Positions 29,027 through 37,501 of a stretch of DNA of 64,000 bases are shown here, piece by piece. The first letter of the stretch is position 1. The number at the start of each line of letters is the position of its first letter. Both the position numbers and the translations under genes were made by a program. The stretch covers positions 22,577-86,576 of the forward strand of contig USLK01000002.1 of the NCBI GenBank assembly GCA_900555555.1. The letters are read 5' to 3'. The notes below the pieces were generated by a model. That model did no database searches and was not told the DNA's origin. It was given only the letters and a program-made list of their open reading frames with translations. This stretch comes from an uncultured Collinsella sp. Its GTDB lineage: Bacteria > Actinomycetota > Coriobacteriia > Coriobacteriales > Coriobacteriaceae.

Positions 29027-29968
29027 ATGTTCGACATTTCTTGCTCTCGTCGTCAGTTCCTCGGCCTTGCAGGCGGCACCGCTGCCGTCGCAGGCCTCGG
29101 TCTTGTTGGTTGCGGCGAAGCCCCCGCTAACACCGATGCTGCCGCCGGTTCCGCTGACGCTGCCGCTGAGGCCGTTACCGGTGAGGTAACGTACGAGGGC
29201 GCTTCTTCGTTCCAGGCGCTCGTCGAGGCTGCTGCCGAGAAGTTCATGGACAAGAACCCCGACTGCACCGTTTCCGGCTCGGGCAACGGTTCCGGCAAGG
29301 GTCTGACCGCCGTGGCCGAGGGCACCGTCACCATCGGCAACTCCGATGTCTTCGCCGAGACCAAGCTCGAGGCCGACCAGTGCAAGGATCTTGTCGACCA
29401 TGAGGTCGCCGTTGTCGGCATGGGCCCCGTGGTTTCCAAGAACGTCACCGTTGACAACCTGTCCCTCGAGCAGCTCAAGGGCATCTTCTCCGGCCAGATC
29501 ACCAACTGGAAGGACCTCGGTGGCGACGATGCCGAGATCCAGGTTCTGAACCGCAAGCAGGGCTCCGGCACCCGTGCCACCTTCGAGGCCGCCGTGTTCG
29601 GCTCCGAGACGACCGACTTCAAGGGCGCCGCCGAGCTCGACAAGTCCGGCGATGTCCAGACCCAGCTGGGCTCCACCGACAATGCCATCTCCTACCTCGA
29701 CTTCTCCCACTTCGACGATTCCAAGTTCAACGCCGTCAAGGTTGAGGGCGTCGAGCCCAAGTCCGAGAACGTCTTCGATAACTCCTTCCCGATCTGGGCT
29801 ACCGAGCACATGTACTGCAAGAAGGACGCCGACGACGCCACCAAGGCATTCCTCGACTTCATGCTCTCCGACGATGTCCAGGGCAAGCTCGTTGAGGAGC
29901 AGGGCTTCATCCCGGTTTCCGAGATGAAGGTCAAGAAGGATGCCGAGGGCAAGGTTGCCGAGCTCTAA
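29027..29968 (+). CDS. pstS: Phosphate ABC transporter substrate-binding lipoprotein
   Basis: Twin-arginine signal SRRQFL plus lipobox LVGC; GSGKG, ITNWKDLGG, GSGTRATF. Confidence 0.95.
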   Translation: MFDISCSRRQFLGLAGGTAAVAGLGLVGCGEAPANTDAAAGSADAAAEAVTGEVTYEGASSFQALVEAAAEKFMDKNPDCTVSGSGNGSGKGLTAVAEGTVTIGNSDVFAETKLEADQCKDLVDHEVAVVGMGPVVSKNVTVDNLSLEQLKGIFSGQITNWKDLGGDDAEIQVLNRKQGSGTRATFEAAVFGSETTDFKGAAELDKSGDVQTQLGSTDNAISYLDFSHFDDSKFNAVKVEGVEPKSENVFDNSFPIWATEHMYCKKDADDATKAFLDFMLSDDVQGKLVEEQGFIPVSEMKVKKDAEGKVAEL

Positions 29969-30004
29969 TTCGAGCGGACTTAGAACGACATAGAAGGGGA
30001 CGCC

Positions 30005-30913
30005 ATGGCTAAACAAACGCCAAAGCGCCGCCTTGAGAAGATCGGATTCGGTGTCACGGGCGCGTGTGTCGTGCTCGTGACACTTGTTGTCGTTGCACTC
30101 ATTTTCATGGTTGCGCAAAAGGGCATTTCGACGTTTCTCAAAGACGGCGTAGATCTTGGAAACTTCTTTACCGGGACCAAATGGGACCTGCAGAACACCG
30201 ACGCCAACGGCATGCCGTTTACCGGCGCCTTGCCGCTTATCGTAACCTCCTTTGCGGTTACCGGCCTTTCGACGATCATCGCCTTGCCGATCGCTATCGG
30301 ATCGGCCATCTTCGCCGTTGAGATCCAGCCCAAGTTCGGCAAGAAGATCTTTCAGCCGCTTATCGAGCTTTTGGTCGGCATCCCCTCGGTTGTGTTCGGC
30401 CTGATCGGGTTCCATGTGATCGTGGCGGCCATGAAGGGCATTTTCGGCGTCCCCACGGGCCTGGGCATCCTGCCGGGCTCGATCGTGTTGGCCGTCATGA
30501 TCTTGCCCACGATCACCACGCTGTCCATCGATGCGCTGCGCGCCGTTCCCGATGATTACCGTCAGGGCTCCCTGGCGCTGGGCTACACGCGTTGGCAGAC
30601 CATCTGGCATGTCGTGCTCAAGAGCGCCCTGCCTTCGCTTATGACGGCGGTCATTCTGGGCATGACGCGCGCATTCGGCGAGACATTGGCCGTGCGCATG
30701 GTTATCGGCGGTATCGAGGCCATGCCGGCCGGTCTGCTCGCCCCGGCCTCGACCATCACCACCACGCTGACCACCTCCATGGCCGTGTATGCCGACGGCA
30801 CCGTCCAGGCCGATGTCCTGTGGTCGCTCGGCCTGTTGCTCATGGGCATGTCGCTCATCTTCATTCTCATCATCCACCTGATCGGCAAGAAGGGGGCGAA
30901 GAGCCGTGGCTAA
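30005..30913 (+). CDS. pstC: Phosphate ABC transporter permease
   Basis: GIPSVVFG, MILPT, RAFGET. Confidence 0.95.
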   Translation: MAKQTPKRRLEKIGFGVTGACVVLVTLVVVALIFMVAQKGISTFLKDGVDLGNFFTGTKWDLQNTDANGMPFTGALPLIVTSFAVTGLSTIIALPIAIGSAIFAVEIQPKFGKKIFQPLIELLVGIPSVVFGLIGFHVIVAAMKGIFGVPTGLGILPGSIVLAVMILPTITTLSIDALRAVPDDYRQGSLALGYTRWQTIWHVVLKSALPSLMTAVILGMTRAFGETLAVRMVIGGIEAMPAGLLAPASTITTTLTTSMAVYADGTVQADVLWSLGLLLMGMSLIFILIIHLIGKKGAKSRG

Positions 30914-31883
30914 CGAACCCCAAACTCGCACGCAGGCCGCTGACGAGCCTGATTCCCGGGGCCCCAAGTCCCTCGATATCGATCGCGGGTATATCAAACG
31001 CGCCGCCCGCAACGACAAGATCGCCACCGGATTCCTCACGGCGATCGTGTGCCTGGTCATGCTGATCGTTGTGTCGATGGTTGCCTACATCTTGTTCCAG
31101 GGCATCTCGACGCTGTTCCGCCCGGGCTTCCTCACCATGCCCTCGCACGCCAACGGCACGGCCGGCGGCGTGGCGTACCAGCTGTTCGATTCGTTCTACA
31201 TGCTGTTCCTCACGCTGATCATCTCCGTGCCGGTCTCTCTGGGCGCTGCGGTGTTTTTGACCGAGTACGCGCCGGACGGGCCCATCACCAACATCGCTTC
31301 GACCGCCATCGAGACGCTCTCCTCGCTGCCGTCTATCGTAGTGGGCATGTTCGGCTTCCTGGTCTTTAGCGTGAACTTCGGGTGGAAGTACTCGATCATA
31401 TCGGGCGCCGTCGCCTTGACCATGTTCAATATCCCGATTCTCGTGCGCGTTATCCAGCAGGCCTTGCAGGATGTACCGCAAGATCAGCGGGACGCGTGCC
31501 TGGCCATGGGTCTGACCCGCTGGGAGGCGACGGTTCACGTGCTCATCCCGGCTGCCATGCCTGCGATCGTGACCGGCATCGTGCTTTCGGCCGGGCGCGT
31601 GTTCGGTGAGGCCGCGGCTTTGCTGTTCACCTCGGGCATGAGCTCGCCGGTGCGTCTTAACTTCGCGACGCTCAACTTCTCCAGCCCCACCTGCGCATGG
31701 AACGTGTTCCGTCCCGGTGAGTCCCTGGCCGTGCATATCTATAAGATCTACGGCGAGGGCAGCCCCGATGCCCAGGCCCTGGTGTGGGGCACGGCGGCGC
31801 TGCTGATGATCTGCGTGCTGCTGTTCAACATTCTGTCCCGCGTGGCCGGTAAGGCCCTGGCCAAAAGGATGACGGCGGAATAA
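30906..31883 (+). CDS. pstA: Phosphate ABC transporter permease
   Basis: [23 protein letters not shown]. Confidence 0.95.
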   Translation: MANEPQTRTQAADEPDSRGPKSLDIDRGYIKRAARNDKIATGFLTAIVCLVMLIVVSMVAYILFQGISTLFRPGFLTMPSHANGTAGGVAYQLFDSFYMLFLTLIISVPVSLGAAVFLTEYAPDGPITNIASTAIETLSSLPSIVVGMFGFLVFSVNFGWKYSIISGAVALTMFNIPILVRVIQQALQDVPQDQRDACLAMGLTRWEATVHVLIPAAMPAIVTGIVLSAGRVFGEAAALLFTSGMSSPVRLNFATLNFSSPTCAWNVFRPGESLAVHIYKIYGEGSPDAQALVWGTAALLMICVLLFNILSRVAGKALAKRMTAE

Positions 31884-32719
31884 TGAATACCACTGATACC
31901 GATCAGTTCATGCAAAGCGTTGGCGCCAGCGAGCGGGCTTCCGAGCGCCTGGGTGCGACCGATGGCGAAGTTGTCCTGGAGACCAAGAACGTCAACGTGT
32001 ACTACGGCAGCAACCATGCTCTGCACGATACGTCCCTGCAGTTCCATAAAGGCGAGATCACGGCGTTGATCGGACCGTCCGGCTGCGGCAAGTCCACGTT
32101 TTTGCGAAGCCTCAACCTCATGAACCGCGAGATCAAGGGCTGCAGGGTCGAGGGCGAGATCATCTATCGCGACCATAACATCAACACCCCCCAGGAAAAC
32201 CTTTACGAGCTGCGCCGATCGATCGGCATGGTGTTCCAGCAGCCCAACCCGTTCCACAAGACGATTTACGACAACATCGTCTTTGCGCCCAAACGCCATG
32301 GCGTGAAGGGCAAGGAAACACTCGATTCGCTGGTTGAGGAGTCGCTGCGCGGAGCTGCACTGTGGGACGAGGTTAAAGACAAGCTGCATGAGAGCGCCTA
32401 TTCGCTGTCCGGCGGCCAGCAGCAGCGCCTGTGCATTGCCCGAACGCTCGCCATGCATCCCGATGTGATCCTGTTCGATGAGCCCTGCTCGGCGCTCGAC
32501 CCCATTTCGACCCTTGCGATCGAGGACCTCATGCGCAACGTGGTCAAGGATCGCGCGATCGTTATCGTGACCCACAACATGGAGCAGGCTTCGCGCGTGT
32601 CCAACCGCACGGCCTTCTTCTATATGGGCGATATGGTCGAGTATGGCGAGACGGAGCAGATCTTCACGCGCCCCAAGGACAAGCGCCTGGATGACTATCT
32701 GACGGGCATGTTCTCGTAG
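31883..32719 (+). CDS. pstB: Phosphate ABC transporter ATPase
   Basis: [34 protein letters not shown]. Confidence 0.97.
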   Translation: MNTTDTDQFMQSVGASERASERLGATDGEVVLETKNVNVYYGSNHALHDTSLQFHKGEITALIGPSGCGKSTFLRSLNLMNREIKGCRVEGEIIYRDHNINTPQENLYELRRSIGMVFQQPNPFHKTIYDNIVFAPKRHGVKGKETLDSLVEESLRGAALWDEVKDKLHESAYSLSGGQQQRLCIARTLAMHPDVILFDEPCSALDPISTLAIEDLMRNVVKDRAIVIVTHNMEQASRVSNRTAFFYMGDMVEYGETEQIFTRPKDKRLDDYLTGMFS

Positions 32720-33004
32720 CGTTTTCGAGGGCGCCGGCTGCGCCCCGGCCGCGCTTTTGTGGGCCGGCCTCCGATGCCTTCCCCTTGCTTTTGAGCTCTT
32801 GACCGCGGGGACGGTTTTGATAATTATTTGGTGTCTCATCCCTTCTACTAGTCCGGAAGGGGGAGCCATGGCCACGGCAGCCGCCCGTGGCCTTTTGCAT
32901 TAGAGGCTGTATGCGGGGCGGGCGCGCGGCGGCGTTGGCTGGATGCGGGGTGGATACAGTCCGGGTGCACAGCGGCGCTGGCTGGATACACAACAGGTGC
33001 TTTC

Positions 33005-33383
33005 GTCGCATTGCAGGGTGTCGCGGCACCGCACAAAACGACTCATGTGTTTCCGTCCATCTCTCTTGCGGGATTATATCTGGGGACCGTGCCTTTCGAA
33101 AGCCTCCATCGCACAAAACAGCTCATGTGGTGCTTTGCCGCCGCAGGTATTGTTTAATGTGGCAATTTATTACCACATTAACGTTTGCTGCGGTAGTTGG
33201 TAATCGGTGGCTTTGATTATCGGACCATCTACCTGCGCTTCTATCTTTATAGTTGTCTGAAAATACCGCAGCATGTTTCTTCTGCGGTATTGAATTGCCG
33301 CATTATTTTCTTTTGTGGTAGTTAATTGCCTCATCTTTGATTTTGTGTGGCGCATGGGCGCCGCAGCAAGAATTGTATGTGGT
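33005..33383. repeat. Phased palindromic repeat array (RCCRCA-N11/12-TGYGGY) with central ATCTACCTG
   Basis: Units at 33108, 33140, 33172 | 33265, 33297, 33328, 33360, plus degenerate units at 33005 and 33028; central motif at 33227. Confidence 0.88.
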
Positions 33384-33421
33384 ATTTCGGACTGTATCGC
33401 TGCATGCCGTTGCAGCTATAG

Positions 33422-33508
33422 CAATGCGTGCGTTAAGACAATACGGACGTTGAAGCAATACGGGCGTTGAGACAATGCGGGCGCTGTAGACAATGCGGGT
33501 GTTGGAGA
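33422..33508 (+). repeat. Five tandem 17-18 bp repeats (caatRcgggcgttgaga)
   Basis: caatgcgtgcgttaaga, caatacggacgttgaag, caatacgggcgttgaga, caatgcgggcgctgtaga, caatgcgggtgttggaga. Confidence 0.85.
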
Positions 33509-33645
33509 CACGCCGGCCTGTGCGGGCTGATCATGTAACGGAATCCCAACAACGGTGTTTGACTCGCAGGGTTGTTTTGTTAGACGGTGCGAAAGATATT
33601 TCCTTTGATGGCCAATCGCCGCCGCACCTCGCCGATGATGTGATT

Positions 33646-34662
33646 ATGAGTATCGTATTGTCACATAGCACCGCAGCTACGCTGTATCGCTTTCTTTCGG
33701 GCGCTTGTCCGAGGGTTCCTGAAGGCTGGCTTATCTCTCATCCAGATTTTCTGGATTGCTATCCAACGCTCGCTCTTGCGAGGAGCGCTCGGTCTCTCCT
33801 GATTGAACGGGGCGTCCTTTTGGATGCTGCGGGAAGCGGTCCTGCTGGTCCCTTGAGTGGAGCGCCCGCGATCGATGTGCTGTGCTCTGTTGGCGTGCGT
33901 ACTCGTGCCAAGGGGGTGCAGTGCCATGTTTTGGGTGCGGAGTTGACGGATGATTGCTTGATCCATCTCGGGGGAGATGTGTTCGCGGTCAGTCCCGAGC
34001 TGTGCTTTCTCCAGCTGGCGGCGTCATATGATTTTGTCCGACTGGTTGAGTTGGGGTTTGAGCTGTGCTCCGGCTATGCGTATCAGTTGGATGGCCAGCC
34101 CGTCTGTCAGCGATCGCCGATTACGGACGTGGCTCGCATCCGCTCCCTTATTTCCTGTCTAAATGATCGGCCCGGCCATCGTATAAAGGGAACGCGGCGA
34201 GCTCTGGAAGCCTTGGAGATCGTGCGAGAGCGGACGCGGTCACCGATGGAGGCGGCGTACGGGATGTTGCTGGTTCTCCCGCCGGCAAGGGGAGGTTTGG
34301 GACTGACTGAGACACGCATGGATTATCGCATCGATTTGACGCGGGAAGCGGCGCGAAGGGCGCAAGTGTCGCATGTGGTGTGCGATGCATATATCCCTTC
34401 GAGCAGGCTGGATATAGAATACAACGGTTTTTGGCATGGCGACCAAGTGAGACAGCAAACGGATGAGGAGCGTCGTCTTGCGCTTGCCTCCATGGGTATC
34501 GATTGCATGGTCGTCTCTCGGCAGGGATTGTTGAGCCATGACGGTTTTGCAAGGCACATGCGCGCTTTGCTGAATAAAGTTGGATTGGTGGGGCTATCCG
34601 ATGATCCTGATTTTCTGTTTAGGCAGGACTGCCTGAGGAGATTTGTTCTTAGGAATCGTTGA
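33646..34662 (+). CDS. AbiEi-like / DUF559-type putative endonuclease (resembles the Rv3555c-like actinobacterial family)
   Basis: N-terminal LSHSTA, SPELCFLQLA, ELC..Y, RSPME...L.LP..RGGLG, C-terminal CD.....LDIEYNG.WH......D.ER...L...G (Vsr/DUF559-like); lower GC than flanking genes; family recognised by eye. Confidence 0.75.
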   Translation: MSIVLSHSTAATLYRFLSGACPRVPEGWLISHPDFLDCYPTLALARSARSLLIERGVLLDAAGSGPAGPLSGAPAIDVLCSVGVRTRAKGVQCHVLGAELTDDCLIHLGGDVFAVSPELCFLQLAASYDFVRLVELGFELCSGYAYQLDGQPVCQRSPITDVARIRSLISCLNDRPGHRIKGTRRALEALEIVRERTRSPMEAAYGMLLVLPPARGGLGLTETRMDYRIDLTREAARRAQVSHVVCDAYIPSSRLDIEYNGFWHGDQVRQQTDEERRLALASMGIDCMVVSRQGLLSHDGFARHMRALLNKVGLVGLSDDPDFLFRQDCLRRFVLRNR

Positions 34663-34809
34663 CTGAAGATTGCCTGGGCGATTGAACGGTGAAGAAATGC
34701 TCCGGCCCGGCCTACGTAAGGTTGCGAGGGATAAGTAAGGCTGCGGGGGATGGGGCTGCTAGAATGATGGAGTAATCTGACGCTCGATCATAAACCGTGG
34801 GGACATGTC

Positions 34810-36651
34810 ATGGCTATCTTGCTGGGGTGCGATAGCATCCATCTTGAATTTCCGACCAAGCTGATCTTGAACGATGTGACGCTCGGCGTGAATGAGGGCG
34901 ATCGAATCGGAATCGTCGGCAAGAACGGCGATGGAAAGTCGACGCTCCTGTCCGTTCTAGCAGGGAAGGTGGAGCCCGATGAGGGGCGCGTTACGCACCG
35001 TCGCGATGTGACGGTTGGCATCTTGGGGCAGCGCGACTCGCTCGATGACAAGGGCACCGTGCATCGTGCGGTAGTGGGGGATATGCCGGAGTACGAGTGG
35101 GCCGCATCACCGCGTATCAGGCAGATTCTCGATGGGCTTATCGCCGATGTCGAATGGGAGAAGTGCGTTGGAGAACTGTCCGGAGGTCAGCGCCGCCGTG
35201 TCGACCTGGCTCGCCTTCTGATTGGCGACTACGATGTGCTGATGCTCGACGAGCCCACGAACCATTTGGATATGCGTACCATCAAGTGGCTCGCGGAACA
35301 CCTCAAGTCCCGGTGGCAGCAGGGACGGGGCGGCATGCTGTGCGTCACGCATGACCGCTGGTTCCTGGACGAGGTCTGCACGTCTATGTGGGAGGTGCAC
35401 GACGGTGTGGTCGATCCGTTCGAGGGCGGCTACTCCGCATATATCCTGCAGCGCGTCGAGCGCGACCGCATGGCGGCGGTGACCGAGGAGCGTCGACGCA
35501 ACATGGCGCGTAAAGAACTCGCATGGCTCTCACGCGGTGCGCAGGCGCGCAGCACCAAGCCGAAGTTTCGTGTCGAGGCGGCCCGCGAGCTGATCGCGGA
35601 TGTGCCGCCGGTCCGCAACGAGCTCGAGCTCAAGCGCATGGCCGTCTCGCGCTTGGGCAAACAGGTTATCGACATATTCGATGTTTGCGCGGGCTATGAG
35701 GACGAAAACGGTGCGGAGCATACCGTCCTCAATGACGTGACCTGGCAGATCGGTGCCGGCGACCGCTACGGATTGCTTGGCGAGAACGGCGCGGGCAAGA
35801 CGACCCTGCTCAATGTGATCCAGGGCAAGATTACCCCGGAGCGCGGACGCGTGAAGATCGGTCAGACGGTGAAGTTCGGTGTCCTGTCGCAACAGCTCGA
35901 GGAGTTGAAGCCGGTTGAGGACGATACCATTCGCGATGTTTTGGCTGATTTCAAACGTGTTGTGGTGGTGGATGGCAAGGAGACGAGCCCTGAGAAGCTC
36001 CTTGAACGCCTTGGATTTACAACGCAGCAGCTCTGGAGCCGCATCAAGGATCTGTCCGGTGGACAAAAGCGTCGTCTGTCGCTGCTGCTCACGATCCTGC
36101 GTGAACCGAACGTGTTGATTCTGGACGAGCCTGGCAACGATCTTGATACCGACATGCTTGCCATCGTCGAAGACCTGCTGGACAGCTGGCCGGGGACGTT
36201 GATCCTGGTGTCGCACGATCGGTTCCTGATGGAGCGCGTGACCGATCAGCAATGGGCCCTGATCGATGGCAGATTGACACATGTTCCCGGTGGCGTCGAC
36301 CAGTATCTTCAACTGGTCGATCGCTCGGCACAGGTGAACCTTCGTCCGTCGGCACCCGGTTTCGACGGGGCATTGGGCGATGGCGCCGGAAACGATCCGA
36401 GCGCCGTGAAGAGCGACAGCGCCCTTTCCAACGCAGAGCGCCAGCGCTTGAAGAAAGAGATCTCCTCACTCGAGCGCAAGATGGAGACACGCCGCGCGAA
36501 GGTTGAGGAGCTGGAGACGGCTATGGGGGACATCGAGCCGACGGACTTCACGGCGTTGACCGAACAGCAGCAGAAGATCGATGATGCCAAGGCCGAGCTC
36601 GATGAGCTTGAGATGGCCTGGCTCGAGGCGAGCGAGCGCCTTGAGGGCTAG
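34810..36651 (+). CDS. ABC-F family ATPase (Uup-like)
   Basis: Two NBDs (GKNGDGKST/LSGGQ/DEPTNHLD; GENGAGKTT/LSGGQ/DEPGNDLD), no TM segments, C-terminal coiled coil. Confidence 0.93.
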   Translation: MAILLGCDSIHLEFPTKLILNDVTLGVNEGDRIGIVGKNGDGKSTLLSVLAGKVEPDEGRVTHRRDVTVGILGQRDSLDDKGTVHRAVVGDMPEYEWAASPRIRQILDGLIADVEWEKCVGELSGGQRRRVDLARLLIGDYDVLMLDEPTNHLDMRTIKWLAEHLKSRWQQGRGGMLCVTHDRWFLDEVCTSMWEVHDGVVDPFEGGYSAYILQRVERDRMAAVTEERRRNMARKELAWLSRGAQARSTKPKFRVEAARELIADVPPVRNELELKRMAVSRLGKQVIDIFDVCAGYEDENGAEHTVLNDVTWQIGAGDRYGLLGENGAGKTTLLNVIQGKITPERGRVKIGQTVKFGVLSQQLEELKPVEDDTIRDVLADFKRVVVVDGKETSPEKLLERLGFTTQQLWSRIKDLSGGQKRRLSLLLTILREPNVLILDEPGNDLDTDMLAIVEDLLDSWPGTLILVSHDRFLMERVTDQQWALIDGRLTHVPGGVDQYLQLVDRSAQVNLRPSAPGFDGALGDGAGNDPSAVKSDSALSNAERQRLKKEISSLERKMETRRAKVEELETAMGDIEPTDFTALTEQQQKIDDAKAELDELEMAWLEASERLEG

Positions 36652-36687
36652 CACCTCGTGTTTTCGACGCGCTTGCGCGACATGCAT

Positions 36688-36735
36688 AAAAGGCACGGCC
36701 CGCAGCATCCTGATGGCGCTGCGGGCCGTGCCCGT
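36688..36735. terminator. Terminator between convergent genes
   Basis: aaaaggcacggcccgcagc...gctgcgggccgtgcc. Confidence 0.7.
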
Positions 36736-36793
36736 TGTATACGACAGCTTTGGAGCTTTGGGGATATCGCTGAAGCGCCCTGAGGCCTTTGCC

Positions 36794-37501
36794 CTAGAGC
36801 CTTTGCATGCGATAGCCGACACCTACGTGTGTTTGGATGAGCTCGGGATGCGAGGGGTCGCGCTCGATCTTCTTGCGTAGTGTGCGCATGAAGACGCGCA
36901 GGGAGGCTATATCGCTATCCCATGACGTCCCCCAGATCTCGTGCGTGATGAAGGTGTGGGTAAGCACCTTGCCCACGTTTTGGGCGAGCAATACCAACAA
37001 TTTGTACTCTATGGGCGTGAGGTGGAGCTCCTTGTCATCGAGGTAGGCGCAGCCGGCGGCGAAGTCGATGCGCAGGGGGCCGTTCTCGAATACGCTGCTG
37101 TCGACGGCATCGGATGAAGCCATGCGGGAGCGACGTAGGCTGGCGCGGACGCGGGCCAGCAGCTCCTCGACGGAAAACGGCTTGGTGAGGTAGTCGTCGG
37201 CCCCGGCGTCCAATGCGCCGATTTTATCCGCATCCTCGGTTCGAGCCGAGATGACGATGATGGGTACGGCCGACCAGGTGCGGATCTTCTTGATGACCTC
37301 GACTCCGTCGATATCGGGCAGGCCGAGGTCGAGCATGACGAGATCGGGCGCGTGAGAGGCCGCCTCGAGGATCGCGGCCTCTCCGTTGGTTGCGGTATCG
37401 AGTTTGTAGCCGTGCATCTCGAGCGCAGTGGTAACGAGGCTGCGGACGGCGGCGTCGTCTTCTACAACGAGAACTTGTTGCTGGGGCGCGACGTCACTCA
37501 T
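36794..37501 (-). CDS. kdpE: OmpR-family response regulator KdpE
   Basis: VEDD, LDLGLPD, GADDYLTKPF, HLTPIEYKLL, GVGYR; follows kdpD. Confidence 0.95.
   Translation of the reverse strand: MSDVAPQQQVLVVEDDAAVRSLVTTALEMHGYKLDTATNGEAAILEAASHAPDLVMLDLGLPDIDGVEVIKKIRTWSAVPIIVISARTEDADKIGALDAGADDYLTKPFSVEELLARVRASLRRSRMASSDAVDSSVFENGPLRIDFAAGCAYLDDKELHLTPIEYKLLVLLAQNVGKVLTHTFITHEIWGTSWDSDIASLRVFMRTLRKKIERDPSHPELIQTHVGVGYRMQRL

Noticed and set aside
33108..33383. Array as a canonical CRISPR
   Set aside because: Conserved parts are 6-7 bp half-sites, variable parts only 8-12 nt, and no cas genes are present
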